From Phycisphaerae bacterium (lineage in GTDB: Bacteria > Planctomycetota > Phycisphaerae > UBA1845): a stretch of 64,000 bases of DNA. Below, piece by piece: positions 27,868-38,085 of this stretch (the stretch's first letter is position 1; every line of letters starts with the position of its first letter). The DNA is taken from assembly GCA_029260015.1 (NCBI GenBank), contig JAJDEB010000034.1:49546-113545 (forward strand), in the 5' to 3' direction. The notes under the pieces are model-generated. The model did no database searches. It was given only the letters and a program-made list of their open reading frames with translations, and had not been told where the DNA came from. A program made the position numbers and the translations under genes.

Positions 27868-29664
27868 CTACTGCGCAATTTTGACGATCGGCCAAACCAG
27901 CGGAATGATGATCATGGCAACGACCATGACCAGCAAGTTCATCGGAATACCCACCTTTAGAAAATCCGGAAACCGGTATCCACCGGGTCCGTAGACCATC
28001 AGATTCGTTTGATACCCGACTGGTGTCGCAAAGCTCGCAGACGCCGCGATGGCGATGGCGATTACGAATGGTTCTGCGCCGACGCCCAACTCCTGTGCCG
28101 AAACCATGGCGATCGGAAACATCAACGCGGCGGCTCCGATGTGCGAAATCAATTCGGTCAGAATGTTCGTGATCACATAAATCCCAATGAGTACGCCAAA
28201 AGGCCCACCAACGCTGCCACTGATACGATCAATCGTGCCCGCAAGCATGGCGTCCAATCCGGATTCTCGAATCGCCTGGGCAAACCCCAGCGCCGTCGCG
28301 ATGACAACGAGAACCTGCCAGTCGACCGCCCGGCGTGCCACACCCACCGATACGCAGCGAAACAGAACCATCAATGCCCCTGCGATCAGTGCGGAGACCG
28401 CCGTAGACATCGAATTCCACGCCAATAATCCAATGAGCAGCAACAGGATTCCCATCGCGACCCACGCCCGCTCGTGGCGGACCAATCCGCTGTCGCGCAC
28501 TTCCGAGACAAGGTAGAAATCGCTGCTGCCGCGAAAGGTTCGTTCAAAATGGCGCCCGGCTTGCAACAACAACGTGTCGCCGGGATGCAAGATGACGTCA
28601 CCGATTTTTTCTTCGATTCGTTCTCCATGACGATGTACCGCGACGACAACCGCATCGTAGCGCGTGCGAAAGTTTGAGTGCCGGACGGTGCGACCCAGTT
28701 CAGGAAATGATGAACTGACGACGGCTTCGCATAGCCTTCGGGAACCGCGACTTTCATCGGAAACGTCGTAGTGTGATTCGACACCGGGAACGAGTCCGGG
28801 AATGCGTTGCAGGTCGACGATGGTGCTGACCAGACCGGTGAAGACGAGACGGTCCCCCTCTTGCAACATGTCCGAAGGTGACACGGGTGTGATGACGTCG
28901 CCCTTGCGATCGATCTCGATGAGAAACAGTCCGGGAAGATGACGCAGTCCGGCATCCTGCACGCTCTTACCAATCAGCGAGCAGTTCGGTTCGATGAGCA
29001 TTTCAACGATGTACTCACGCTGCGCCGCACCGAACTGATCCAACAATTCCCTGCGCTCGGGCAATAGGCGAACCCCGACCGTCAACATGAACGCGATTCC
29101 CACGACGGCTGCGGGTACGCCAACCCAACTGAGTTCGAATAATGTGAGCGGTTTGAGGTATCCGGTTTCTCGAACCATGCCGTCGATGACGAGGTTCGTA
29201 CTCGTACCGATGAGTGTGCACATGCCGCCGAGAATCGTGGCGTAGGAGAGCGGAATCAAAAGCTTCGACGCGGGGATCTGTCGTTTGCGACACCAACTGA
29301 GAACTTCGGGCATCAACATCGCGACGATGGGTGTGTTGTTGAGAAACGCAGAGACGCCTGCCGACGAAACCATCATCCGACTCAGCGCTGCGCGTATGCC
29401 GGTCCCCACTCCCAAGAGTCTTGAAACCAAGACATGCAGCGCGCCCGTTTCGCGCAGACCAGCCGCCACGACAAACATCGCCCCCACGGTGACCAGCCCA
29501 TGATTGCTCAGGCCATGAAACGCCTGCTCCGGAGTGATGACGCCGGCTGCTACCACCGTCACCAGTCCGCCGGTAAACGCGGCATCGGGTGGCAGCCAGC
29601 TCTTCACCAAAGCGATCAGCATCAGCACCAATACACCGAGGGTCAAAATTGCTTCCCAGGACAT
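27868..29664 (-). CDS. SLC13 family permease with two TrkA-C (RCK-C) domains
   Basis: SAFLNNTPIV, GGMCTLIGTSTN, central TrkA-C repeats, ASFATPVGYQTNLMVYGPGGY. Confidence 0.92.
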   Translation of the reverse strand: MSWEAILTLGVLVLMLIALVKSWLPPDAAFTGGLVTVVAAGVITPEQAFHGLSNHGLVTVGAMFVVAAGLRETGALHVLVSRLLGVGTGIRAALSRMMVSSAGVSAFLNNTPIVAMLMPEVLSWCRKRQIPASKLLIPLSYATILGGMCTLIGTSTNLVIDGMVRETGYLKPLTLFELSWVGVPAAVVGIAFMLTVGVRLLPERRELLDQFGAAQREYIVEMLIEPNCSLIGKSVQDAGLRHLPGLFLIEIDRKGDVITPVSPSDMLQEGDRLVFTGLVSTIVDLQRIPGLVPGVESHYDVSDESRGSRRLCEAVVSSSFPELGRTVRHSNFRTRYDAVVVAVHRHGERIEEKIGDVILHPGDTLLLQAGRHFERTFRGSSDFYLVSEVRDSGLVRHERAWVAMGILLLLIGLLAWNSMSTAVSALIAGALMVLFRCVSVGVARRAVDWQVLVVIATALGFAQAIRESGLDAMLAGTIDRISGSVGGPFGVLIGIYVITNILTELISHIGAAALMFPIAMVSAQELGVGAEPFVIAIAIAASASFATPVGYQTNLMVYGPGGYRFPDFLKVGIPMNLLVMVVAMIIIPLVWPIVKIAQ

Positions 29665-29834
29665 TTGTAACCCGTCACTTTCTTTCGCGGTTGACTTCGC
29701 TTCGTTCAAATCGGATAGGCAAAATCGCATCTTTGGCATCGACCATTCGCGGTCCAATCCATAAGACCTTCAGACCGCTGTCACCGGCATCGCTGCGATG
29801 TTTCCTGCTGAGAGGGTCTGATTCCTGATGGGGT

Positions 29835-31886
29835 CTAGGGCTGGTGGTTGGTTTCGGCAAGCAAAGGGCGGTATTTCTGGTCGTCTGCAAACAGGGCATG
29901 TCTTCTCCGCAACTCGGCGATTGAATCAGTTATTCCCTGCTCCGATGCCAGCCGAATCGCTGTCGATTGGAGATCGCCGGCTCGCTCAAAATCCATCGTT
30001 TCGGCGTAGGCGACAGCCAATGTGCTCAGAGCCATCGCGTCATTGTATTCCGTCTGCTCGCACAACTGGCGGGCCAACTCAATAGCACGATCCCCTTCTC
30101 GAAGAGTTTCATCCGGGCAGGTGGCTAACAACCATGCGAGGTGGCCCAACAATTCTGAACTGTTGCTCGTACATTGCAGTCCGTTTTCAAGGGTCGTGCG
30201 GGCAGCGGCGAATTGTTTTGTGGAATCCTGCATTGAAGCAAGTCGTTCGATCGCATCGATGAAACATGGCGCTGATTCGACGGCAACCTGAAGATGGCGC
30301 ACAGCCTCCGGCAACTCGTCGAAACCGGCAAAAACTTCCGCAATGTTGAATCGATACTTGGCGTGGGTCGGTGCTAGTTCGACTGCCTTCGACAAGTGTT
30401 TCAGTGCCAATTCTGGCCGAACGAGTTTCAACGCTGTGATGCCCATGCCGTTGTGCGCCTTGGCGTCGGAACGGTCCAGCTTGGCAGCATGCTCGTAGTG
30501 CTTGTAGGCTTCGAGATCATGTCCGGTTTCGCGCAGGGTTTCAGCAACATTGACGTGGGCGATGTGACTTTCCACGCCGATTGTTAAGGCATGGGTCCAA
30601 AGCGATTGTGAGTTACTCCAAACCGTCGTCTGAAAAACCGTCAGAAAAAACAATCCAAAAAGGTACGCCCCCATAGAGACTCGCAAGAGCTTGGCGAACG
30701 ACGCACGAGCCGGATTGGTTTTCGCATGTTGAACGACAAAATGCAATGCGGCTGCCAGAAGTATGGCCAATGGAATCAGCGGCAGATAACCGTAGCGATC
30801 AGCAACAAATTGCTCACCGCTCTGGGCGATACCGGATACTGGCCCCAATAACAGCGCGTAGGATATCGTAGCAACCAACAATGCGGGCAAGCGTCGGCGC
30901 AAGGCAACGATTGTGATGCATCCAATTACAACGATGGCTGTGGTCAACGCGAAAGTTGATCCCACAAGCTGCGTTCGTCCAGGAATCGGATACAAGGCGC
31001 ACAGCTTCGTCGGCACAAAGAACTTCAATGGATACCAGCACAAACCATATGTGACGGTCGCGACTCTTGAAGCAAGGTCGAATCGCTCGATCGTCTGCCA
31101 CGCCTCGGCGGCGGCCTGCGCTTTGATGGCCAGGACCGACGCGACGACTGAACAGATCATGTAAGGAATCTTTTCACCAATCCGCGAAAGCACGGACCTT
31201 ACTGAAGCGTGTATTCGTTGAAGCGGAAATACGTCGAAAATCAGGAACACCGCCGGGAGCGGGACAGCCGACGCCTTGGTCAGCATGGCAAGTGCAAACG
31301 ATGCCCAGGAAACAATCAGCCATGCCGTGCCTCGATCCGTGAAAGCAAACTTCAAATATCCGAATACAGACACCATCACAAAAACGCCCGAGAGCACATC
31401 ACGCCTTTCGGTGATCCATGTGACAGACTCGACGCGCAACGGATGAATCGAGAACAACAGCGTCGCAATCAGTGCGGCTCGAGATAGCGAATTGCGTTCG
31501 GCTGATTCCGTCGATTGAAAACCCCGCGAAAGCAGCATCAACGCGACGTCGAAAAATATGACAGCAACGAGACAATGCAGGATCAGATTGGTCAAATGAA
31601 ATCCAAACGGATTCAGCCCCCATACGGAATAGTCAATCGCAAAACTGAGCCATGCAAGCGGTTGGTAGTGTCCGCCATGAAACGTCGTGAACATCCAATT
31701 AAGATGTTCGCCCTCGAGTCCGCGAATCCCTTCGTTGAATACAATGTTGGCGTCATCGTCCCAGTTGACGAATTCTCCGGACAAGCCACTGGTAAACGCG
31801 GCGAACGTGATAGCCGCGATCAAGAATCGAAAAGCCCACAGCTTCGACCGGTTCGGTGCGGCGAATTGAGGATTGGAATCGTTCAC
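29835..31886 (-). CDS. TMTC-like GT-C glycosyltransferase with C-terminal TPR repeats
   Basis: FVNWDD, YQPL, FHLTNLILH, HPLRVESVTWITERRDVL, ADRYGYLP, WSNSQSLW, then TPRs. Confidence 0.85.
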   Translation of the reverse strand: MNDSNPQFAAPNRSKLWAFRFLIAAITFAAFTSGLSGEFVNWDDDANIVFNEGIRGLEGEHLNWMFTTFHGGHYQPLAWLSFAIDYSVWGLNPFGFHLTNLILHCLVAVIFFDVALMLLSRGFQSTESAERNSLSRAALIATLLFSIHPLRVESVTWITERRDVLSGVFVMVSVFGYLKFAFTDRGTAWLIVSWASFALAMLTKASAVPLPAVFLIFDVFPLQRIHASVRSVLSRIGEKIPYMICSVVASVLAIKAQAAAEAWQTIERFDLASRVATVTYGLCWYPLKFFVPTKLCALYPIPGRTQLVGSTFALTTAIVVIGCITIVALRRRLPALLVATISYALLLGPVSGIAQSGEQFVADRYGYLPLIPLAILLAAALHFVVQHAKTNPARASFAKLLRVSMGAYLFGLFFLTVFQTTVWSNSQSLWTHALTIGVESHIAHVNVAETLRETGHDLEAYKHYEHAAKLDRSDAKAHNGMGITALKLVRPELALKHLSKAVELAPTHAKYRFNIAEVFAGFDELPEAVRHLQVAVESAPCFIDAIERLASMQDSTKQFAAARTTLENGLQCTSNSSELLGHLAWLLATCPDETLREGDRAIELARQLCEQTEYNDAMALSTLAVAYAETMDFERAGDLQSTAIRLASEQGITDSIAELRRRHALFADDQKYRPLLAETNHQP

Positions 31887-32045
31887 GCGAGCATTCTACA
31901 CTAACCCGATGCGGCGGAAAGCTTCTGACGGATCGTCGGTAACGCGTCTGGTTGACCCAATGGCAGACGGTTGATAGCTTTCAGATCGGTCAGTCGGTGC
32001 GTTGTTGCTATCTCGCAAAATGGGCTATGTCGTAGAATGGATTAA

Positions 32046-33248
32046 ATGCAAATGAGTTTTCCCACGATCATCCCGGCTCGCAGGACCAACGAGATCAAAT
32101 ATGCGGTGCGTGATGTCGTCGTACTGGCGCAGGAAGTTTCAGCCGCCGGTATGTCGATGTGCTATCTGAATATCGGCGATCCAAATCTGTTTGACTTTGA
32201 GACGCCGCCCCACATTGTCGAAGCGGTCCATCAGGCGATGAAAGAGAATCGCAATGGATACGCGCCGTCTTCAGGCACAAAAGGCGCGGTTGCCTCGATC
32301 AACAAGCAAGCCGCTCGCCAAGGCATCGAATCGGTGCAGCATACATTCGTCACCACCGGTGCCAGCGAGGCCATCGATCTGGCGCTGACCGCACTGGTGA
32401 ACCCCGGTGAAAACGTGCTGACTCCTTCGCCGGTCTATCCGCTGTATACCGCGATCCTGTCGAAACTAGACGCCGTCAACAATCCATATTACCTCGATGA
32501 AGACAACAACTGGGAGCCCGACATCGCTGACATCGCGTCGAAGATCAACGACAAGACGCGAGCACTTATATTGCTGAACCCGAACAACCCGACAGGTACG
32601 GTCTATTCCAAAAAAACATTGCAAGCCGCCATCGACTTGGCGATCAAGCACAATCTCGTGATCTTCAGCGATGAGATTTACGACAAGCTCTTGCTCGATG
32701 ATTTACCTTATACCTCGATCGCGTCCATGAGCGACGAGTTGCCAGTTGTCACATTTAACGGAATGAGCAAGGCGTACCTGGCACCGGGGTTTCGGATCGG
32801 TTGGGGCATTGTCAGCGGACCCGATGCAATCGTTGGCGAATATTGCGAGGCGATTCAGAAACTCGAACGGGCCCGACTCAGCGCCAACCATCCCGAACAA
32901 TACGCGATCCCCGCAGCCTTAGACGGTGATCATTCATTTCTCGAACCGGTGCTGGATCGCTTGCGCCGCCGCCGCGATTTGACGGTTCAGCGCCTCAACG
33001 CCATTGAGGGTATCAGTTGCGTGAAACCGCAAGCTGCGTTCTACGCGTTTCCGCGAATCGATTTGGGTGTTGAGGATGATGCGTTTGTGCAGAAGCTTGT
33101 GCGCGAAACCGGAACCGTCTGCGTGCATGGCAGCGGGTTCGGCCAGCGTCCCGGGACGCAGCACTTTCGCGTGGTATTTCTGGCACCGGAGGAAACGTTG
33201 GACCGCGCGTTCGACCACATCGAATCGGTGGCTAAATCGTATCGCTGA
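32046..33248 (+). CDS. PLP-dependent aminotransferase class I/II (AlaA-like)
   Basis: LNIGDP, NPNNPTG, DEIYD, NGMSKAYLAPGFRIGW. Confidence 0.93.
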   Translation: MQMSFPTIIPARRTNEIKYAVRDVVVLAQEVSAAGMSMCYLNIGDPNLFDFETPPHIVEAVHQAMKENRNGYAPSSGTKGAVASINKQAARQGIESVQHTFVTTGASEAIDLALTALVNPGENVLTPSPVYPLYTAILSKLDAVNNPYYLDEDNNWEPDIADIASKINDKTRALILLNPNNPTGTVYSKKTLQAAIDLAIKHNLVIFSDEIYDKLLLDDLPYTSIASMSDELPVVTFNGMSKAYLAPGFRIGWGIVSGPDAIVGEYCEAIQKLERARLSANHPEQYAIPAALDGDHSFLEPVLDRLRRRRDLTVQRLNAIEGISCVKPQAAFYAFPRIDLGVEDDAFVQKLVRETGTVCVHGSGFGQRPGTQHFRVVFLAPEETLDRAFDHIESVAKSYR

Positions 33249-33263
33249 TTGATCGATTATTTC

Positions 33264-35477
33264 CTACGGCCCCTGCGGGAACTCGAACAAATATATCGCC
33301 GGTTCATCGACATTGGACACCGCGATGATCGCTCCGGAGGCGGCCATCCGCCCGACCGAGTTCCGCTCGGGAACATCGGCGACGGAAAGCAGCTGGGACG
33401 TCGCGAAGGGTGATTCGGTTTGAATCGCAACCACCTGACTCACTGCATTGGCAACAATCGCTACCCGGCCAATCTCGAAATGAGCAACATCGACCGCGCC
33501 GCGCCGGTCAATACCCGGTAATTGCGCGGTGTGAATCACCTGCTCGGTGGCCACATCGACAATCGCGAAATTGATTTGCCCAAGGTCGTCATCGACAACC
33601 ACCGCAAGCACTTCGCCATCACCGCTGATTGCCAAAGCAACCGGATTGTCGTTCGCACCGTCGCTGACGTCGATTCGCGATATCGTAAATGGGTCGGAGG
33701 TTTGTACGGAAAGCAGTGCGCCCAATCCTGCAAGAAACACGCGGCTGCCATCGGGGGCGAATACCAACTGCTGGGCGAGAACCGTTCCCCCTGCATCGGT
33801 GACCAAATCGATCGGCGGAATGATGAAGTTTGGAATGTTCCGATCAACATTGGCGAAGATCAATTCACCGGCTTGTCCGATCGGGGCGAGATCTTCGAGG
33901 AGAGTGGCTAGCATCGATCCGTCCGGGCTCAATCGCGAGTACACCGGAACGTCGCCTTCGGGCGTTTGCATCCGGCGCACTTCGTCGGCAAAGACACTGT
34001 CGTCCGTGCGAAGTATCGTCACCCTGTCGGCAAAATCCTCCGACGTTGCAGGGACGAAAACGCGCGTTTCCATCGGATCAAAATCGACAATCTCACCGAT
34101 GTAGTCAGCCGTCGTCGTTTCCGTCTGACGGATGACATCCAGCGTCACCGCATTGAACGAGACGCCAGCATCTGGCCGATCGGTAATCACGGAAAGGACT
34201 GCTCCGGTAGGCGAATAGCCCAACGCACTCGTCCCCAACGGGGACAAAGTTTCCGGCACTGGAACGGTCGTCAGCGCAAATGGATCGTTCGTTTCAAACT
34301 GGGACACCACCCCACTGCCAACATCGCTGAATACGCCGACAGTTCCTCCCGGTGCAAGCAGCAGCAGGTCGGGCGTCGTGGGTTCGGTCACTGAAATCTT
34401 GGCGCGACGTCGAGCCAGCGTTCCTGATTGCCCCGAAAATGTAATGTCGCCGAATACAAAATCGCCAGTCGCTCCGCACGATGGACTCAGCCCACCATGT
34501 CGCCGCACGGCTACGGATAGAAACTGCCCGCTCAAATCTCCAGTATCTGGGTCGATCGCCAGCGCCTCCAATCGAGCGATGGTCTGATCGCAGAGGGCTT
34601 CATTGGTGCGGTTGATCGTGCAAAGTCCGATGCTGGTTGCGTCGCCTAGAATGAATTGCTCGACGCTAGAATCGAACCCGGTGCGCTGGATCGTCTGTGC
34701 TTGTTGGTTTGAGAAGACAATCGTCCCGCTTTGCATTCGCCCGATATCGTTGCCATCGGGGTCGAAAGTCGTTTCCTGGAGAATCGAATACGAATCTTCA
34801 ATGTTTGCCGGCTGTGATCCGGATGGAAGAGTGAAACTCAGCGACGCAGCATTGAGTTGGGCGATGGCGTCCTGCACCTGCGGGAGAGCGAGGATTTCCG
34901 CGCAACTGTTGGCGACGATCGGGGGCGGTTCGGGGAAATCGATATTGATTTTATTAAGCGTTACAGTTCGCGGTTCCGTCGTTGAAATCGAAATGCACAT
35001 GTCAAACGTGCCCGCAAGCAGCGACTGTAGTCCAGTCGTCGAAACGTCAATCGATGTCGGTACAATCTGAGTGACAATGAAGTCTTCGTGATGGACAACG
35101 ATGGGCGTCTCCGGGCTTGCTGATTGGCAGGCGTTGGTCGTCATGTCAGATTCCAAACGCAACGTCACCACGATGACGCCGGATGTACCGACGTCTGGTC
35201 GAACGGGGTGTTCGGATACGAGTAGATCTTCTGCAACGATTGAGATGGTCGCGTTAAGAGGGATGTCCGAGGGAAGTTGGCCAGAAATATCGATCGGGAG
35301 TCGGCGCGAAAGCACGCCTGAATCGCCCACTTGAAAGAGGCCATTTGAACTGATATCGAGCGATATGGTCGAATCGCCACCACCCCCACCGGGATTCTGA
35401 TTCGGCGTGCATCCGCCTGCGAAATAGATGGAAATCCCGATCAGCAGAACTCGAATGTAAAACGACAAGGCAGCCAC
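33264..35477 (-). CDS. Large acidic lipoprotein with C-terminal YncE-like beta-propeller
   Basis: Lipobox-like FAGG-C; repeated SPTG/SPDG/APDG/SGDG blade motifs. Confidence 0.7.
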   Translation of the reverse strand: MAALSFYIRVLLIGISIYFAGGCTPNQNPGGGGGDSTISLDISSNGLFQVGDSGVLSRRLPIDISGQLPSDIPLNATISIVAEDLLVSEHPVRPDVGTSGVIVVTLRLESDMTTNACQSASPETPIVVHHEDFIVTQIVPTSIDVSTTGLQSLLAGTFDMCISISTTEPRTVTLNKINIDFPEPPPIVANSCAEILALPQVQDAIAQLNAASLSFTLPSGSQPANIEDSYSILQETTFDPDGNDIGRMQSGTIVFSNQQAQTIQRTGFDSSVEQFILGDATSIGLCTINRTNEALCDQTIARLEALAIDPDTGDLSGQFLSVAVRRHGGLSPSCGATGDFVFGDITFSGQSGTLARRRAKISVTEPTTPDLLLLAPGGTVGVFSDVGSGVVSQFETNDPFALTTVPVPETLSPLGTSALGYSPTGAVLSVITDRPDAGVSFNAVTLDVIRQTETTTADYIGEIVDFDPMETRVFVPATSEDFADRVTILRTDDSVFADEVRRMQTPEGDVPVYSRLSPDGSMLATLLEDLAPIGQAGELIFANVDRNIPNFIIPPIDLVTDAGGTVLAQQLVFAPDGSRVFLAGLGALLSVQTSDPFTISRIDVSDGANDNPVALAISGDGEVLAVVVDDDLGQINFAIVDVATEQVIHTAQLPGIDRRGAVDVAHFEIGRVAIVANAVSQVVAIQTESPFATSQLLSVADVPERNSVGRMAASGAIIAVSNVDEPAIYLFEFPQGP

Positions 35478-35581
35478 CTCTGGTCGAGGAAAGATTTAAT
35501 CGTAGATTGCGACGTCAACTATCGTACCCATAGCCGCCCCTCCGGTTGCATCTTCCAACCGGCAGTTCGAGTCGTAGTGGT

Positions 35582-35941
35582 CTATGACGACGGACACGGT
35601 TCGATTTCTGCCGACATGCATCCTTTGCAGCGGGCGATGCGTGCGTCGCGGCCAAAACTGTGAATCTGGTCGCGTTTGAGTTCAGCCCGCTCCATCGTTG
35701 TGGTATCGACAATGACCCTGCCGGATTGATCCACTTCGCAGGCCATGCGAAATGCGTCTTCGAGCTTGTGCCCGAATAGTCGATTGAGCATTAGAATGAC
35801 GTACTCGTATGAGTGGTCGTCATCGTCGAGAAGGATCACGTTGTAGGGCGGTTGCCGACGCGGTTTATTCTCCCGCTTTGGCTTCACTTGACTCGGTGAG
35901 GGCGCGTCGATTGTTATTGTGCTTGATTTGTTTTCGGACAC
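35582..35941 (-). CDS. clpS: ATP-dependent Clp protease adaptor ClpS
   Basis: PPYNVILLDDDDHSYEYVI, ERAELK. Confidence 0.92.
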   Translation of the reverse strand: MSENKSSTITIDAPSPSQVKPKRENKPRRQPPYNVILLDDDDHSYEYVILMLNRLFGHKLEDAFRMACEVDQSGRVIVDTTTMERAELKRDQIHSFGRDARIARCKGCMSAEIEPCPSS

Positions 35942-35983
35942 GGATCGAATTCTCTCGAAGCGATGAATCTGGCATCACCTGGA

Positions 35984-37537
35984 CTATCCAGAAATCGGAA
36001 TCGAAATGCCGCCATTCTGATGTCGCACCACAGGACTCGTCGGCACAGCGGCTGATCGATGGTTCGCCTTGACTGGTTTATCGACCGGGTCACCGAAAAG
36101 CGTGAGTGCCGTCGCCCCGTTGATTTTGATTTTGGTCAATGAGCCGATGTACGATTCATCGCCGCAAAACACCACGATGCGATCTGCCGACGTTCGACCC
36201 ACCAACTGATCGGAGCGTCTCCAACTGATTTCTTCACCGCGCGTTTGCTCGGCTTCCTGGGCTTTGATCGCTGCTTTGCTATACCCTTCGACGAGAATCT
36301 CGACCGTTTCACCGATCATCGCCTGCGTCTGGGCGAGCGAGATGCGCTCCTGAAGTTCGAGCATGCGGCGGTTGCGATCGCGTTTGACGATGTCGGGGAT
36401 GTCATCGGCCAGGGCTTTGTCAGCCACGGTGTTGGGGCGCGGCGAATACTTGAAGCAGAAGATATTCTTGAACTGAATCCGCTCCATCAATGCGAGGCTT
36501 TCTTCAAATTCCGCTTCCGTCTCTTCGCAGAATCCGACAATGAAATCGCTCGCAATCGTCATGTTCGGCACGAACTCGCGCCCACGGGCTAACAGTTCCT
36601 CATACACCTCGACCGAATACTGCCTTTTCATCCGCTTGAGCACCGCGTTCGATCCGCTTTGGACGGGCAGGTGTAGGTACTCGCAGACTTTCGGTAGGTC
36701 GCGCATCGCCTCAAAGATTTGATCGCGAAAATCACCCGGATAGCTGGTGACGAATCGGATGCGCTCCAGACCATCCACGTCGTTGAGACGATAGAGCAGG
36801 TCGGCCATGTTGACAGCCGCCCCGCCATCTTGATGCAGGTAGCTGTTGACCGTTTGCCCCAAGAGCGTGACTTCCTTCGCCCCTCGTCCCGCCAGCATTT
36901 TTGCTTCTTCGACGATTTGCTGTGGCGGACGCGAACGCTCTTTGCCACGCGTAAATGGCACCACGCAGAATGTACAAAACTTATCGCAGCCGCGTTGGAT
37001 GCGGATGTACGATTGCAGGACGTTGGCATTGGGAGCGGGTTCGCGCGACAGATCGAGCGCCTCGACCGAATCGAAATCGAGCGTCCGGTCGAGCAGATTG
37101 CTGTTTCGCTTCTTGTCGAGCGTCAGCGCCACAGCCCGACTCCGCGTCTCCTGCACCTCTTCGATCATCGCGGGGACTTTGTTCAGCTCGCCCGGTCCGC
37201 AGACCAAATCGACGTACGGTATCTTCGCAAACACGCCATCAGGATCGCGCTCGGCCATGCAGCCGATCACACCGATGACCATGTCCGGATTGGCCTGCTT
37301 GGATTTTTTCGCCGTACCCAAGCGCGAGAGCGCCTTCTGCTCGGCGTGGTCGCGAACGCTGCAGGTATTGACCAGAAAGACATCGGCATTGTCCACCGAG
37401 TCGGTCGTGACGTAATCCTTCGCCAGAAGCTGGCCAATGACCAACTCGCTGTCGAGCACATTCATCTGACAGCCCATCGTCTCGATGTAGACGGATTTAT
37501 TCTTTTTAGGATGAGATTCCATACGAATCCATGCCAT
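35984..37537 (-). CDS. miaB: tRNA-i6A37 methylthiotransferase
   Basis: GCQMNVLDSE, NTCSVR, radical SAM CDKFCTFC, TRAM domain. Confidence 0.96.
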   Translation of the reverse strand: MAWIRMESHPKKNKSVYIETMGCQMNVLDSELVIGQLLAKDYVTTDSVDNADVFLVNTCSVRDHAEQKALSRLGTAKKSKQANPDMVIGVIGCMAERDPDGVFAKIPYVDLVCGPGELNKVPAMIEEVQETRSRAVALTLDKKRNSNLLDRTLDFDSVEALDLSREPAPNANVLQSYIRIQRGCDKFCTFCVVPFTRGKERSRPPQQIVEEAKMLAGRGAKEVTLLGQTVNSYLHQDGGAAVNMADLLYRLNDVDGLERIRFVTSYPGDFRDQIFEAMRDLPKVCEYLHLPVQSGSNAVLKRMKRQYSVEVYEELLARGREFVPNMTIASDFIVGFCEETEAEFEESLALMERIQFKNIFCFKYSPRPNTVADKALADDIPDIVKRDRNRRMLELQERISLAQTQAMIGETVEILVEGYSKAAIKAQEAEQTRGEEISWRRSDQLVGRTSADRIVVFCGDESYIGSLTKIKINGATALTLFGDPVDKPVKANHRSAAVPTSPVVRHQNGGISIPISG

Positions 37538-37653
37538 CGGTGGCTCTACGGATTTGACAATCGTTACCGCACAATTGTCATTCTAGGAGTCGGGATGTGG
37601 GCTTGCAATGTTTGCCTGAAATCGACTTTGCCTGGAATTGACAAGGTTGAGAC

Positions 37654-38085
37654 TTAGGAGGCTAGTGGTTGGGACATGGAATTGAGTTTGGCCAAATGCT
37701 CGCTGTGTCGCAATGCCACGGTTGAGAGACATTCTGTGGCGGCAGCGTTCCCAGCGACCATGCTAGCAGCTTGTTTGCATCGATCCACCAGTTGCTGCTT
37801 GTTTTTGATCAAACGCGGGATGAGAACATAAACCCCGTTGTAAGGCATCGCTGCGATCGCGGCTTGTACGCGGGGCGGACCAGGCGTGGCGTCGAGCGAA
37901 TCGAGCAACTCAGCCAGACGTTGGAGGCATTCTTTTTCCTCGGCGGACATTTTTGCAATGGATGCTGCAATTGAAACATCGGCATCGCTCACAAAGGCCG
38001 CAACATCGCCAAAATGCACCAGCATGCTCGACGACAACTCGCTGTACAACGCACTCACTGTTCGGACGACATCGTGCCTATCCAC
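37654..38085 (-). CDS. Hypothetical four-helix (ferritin-like) protein coupled to nuoN
   Basis: All-helical 143 aa with EEKE and HSEH segments; overlaps the nuoN stop by 8 bp. Confidence 0.6.
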   Translation of the reverse strand: MDRHDVVRTVSALYSELSSSMLVHFGDVAAFVSDADVSIAASIAKMSAEEKECLQRLAELLDSLDATPGPPRVQAAIAAMPYNGVYVLIPRLIKNKQQLVDRCKQAASMVAGNAAATECLSTVALRHSEHLAKLNSMSQPLAS

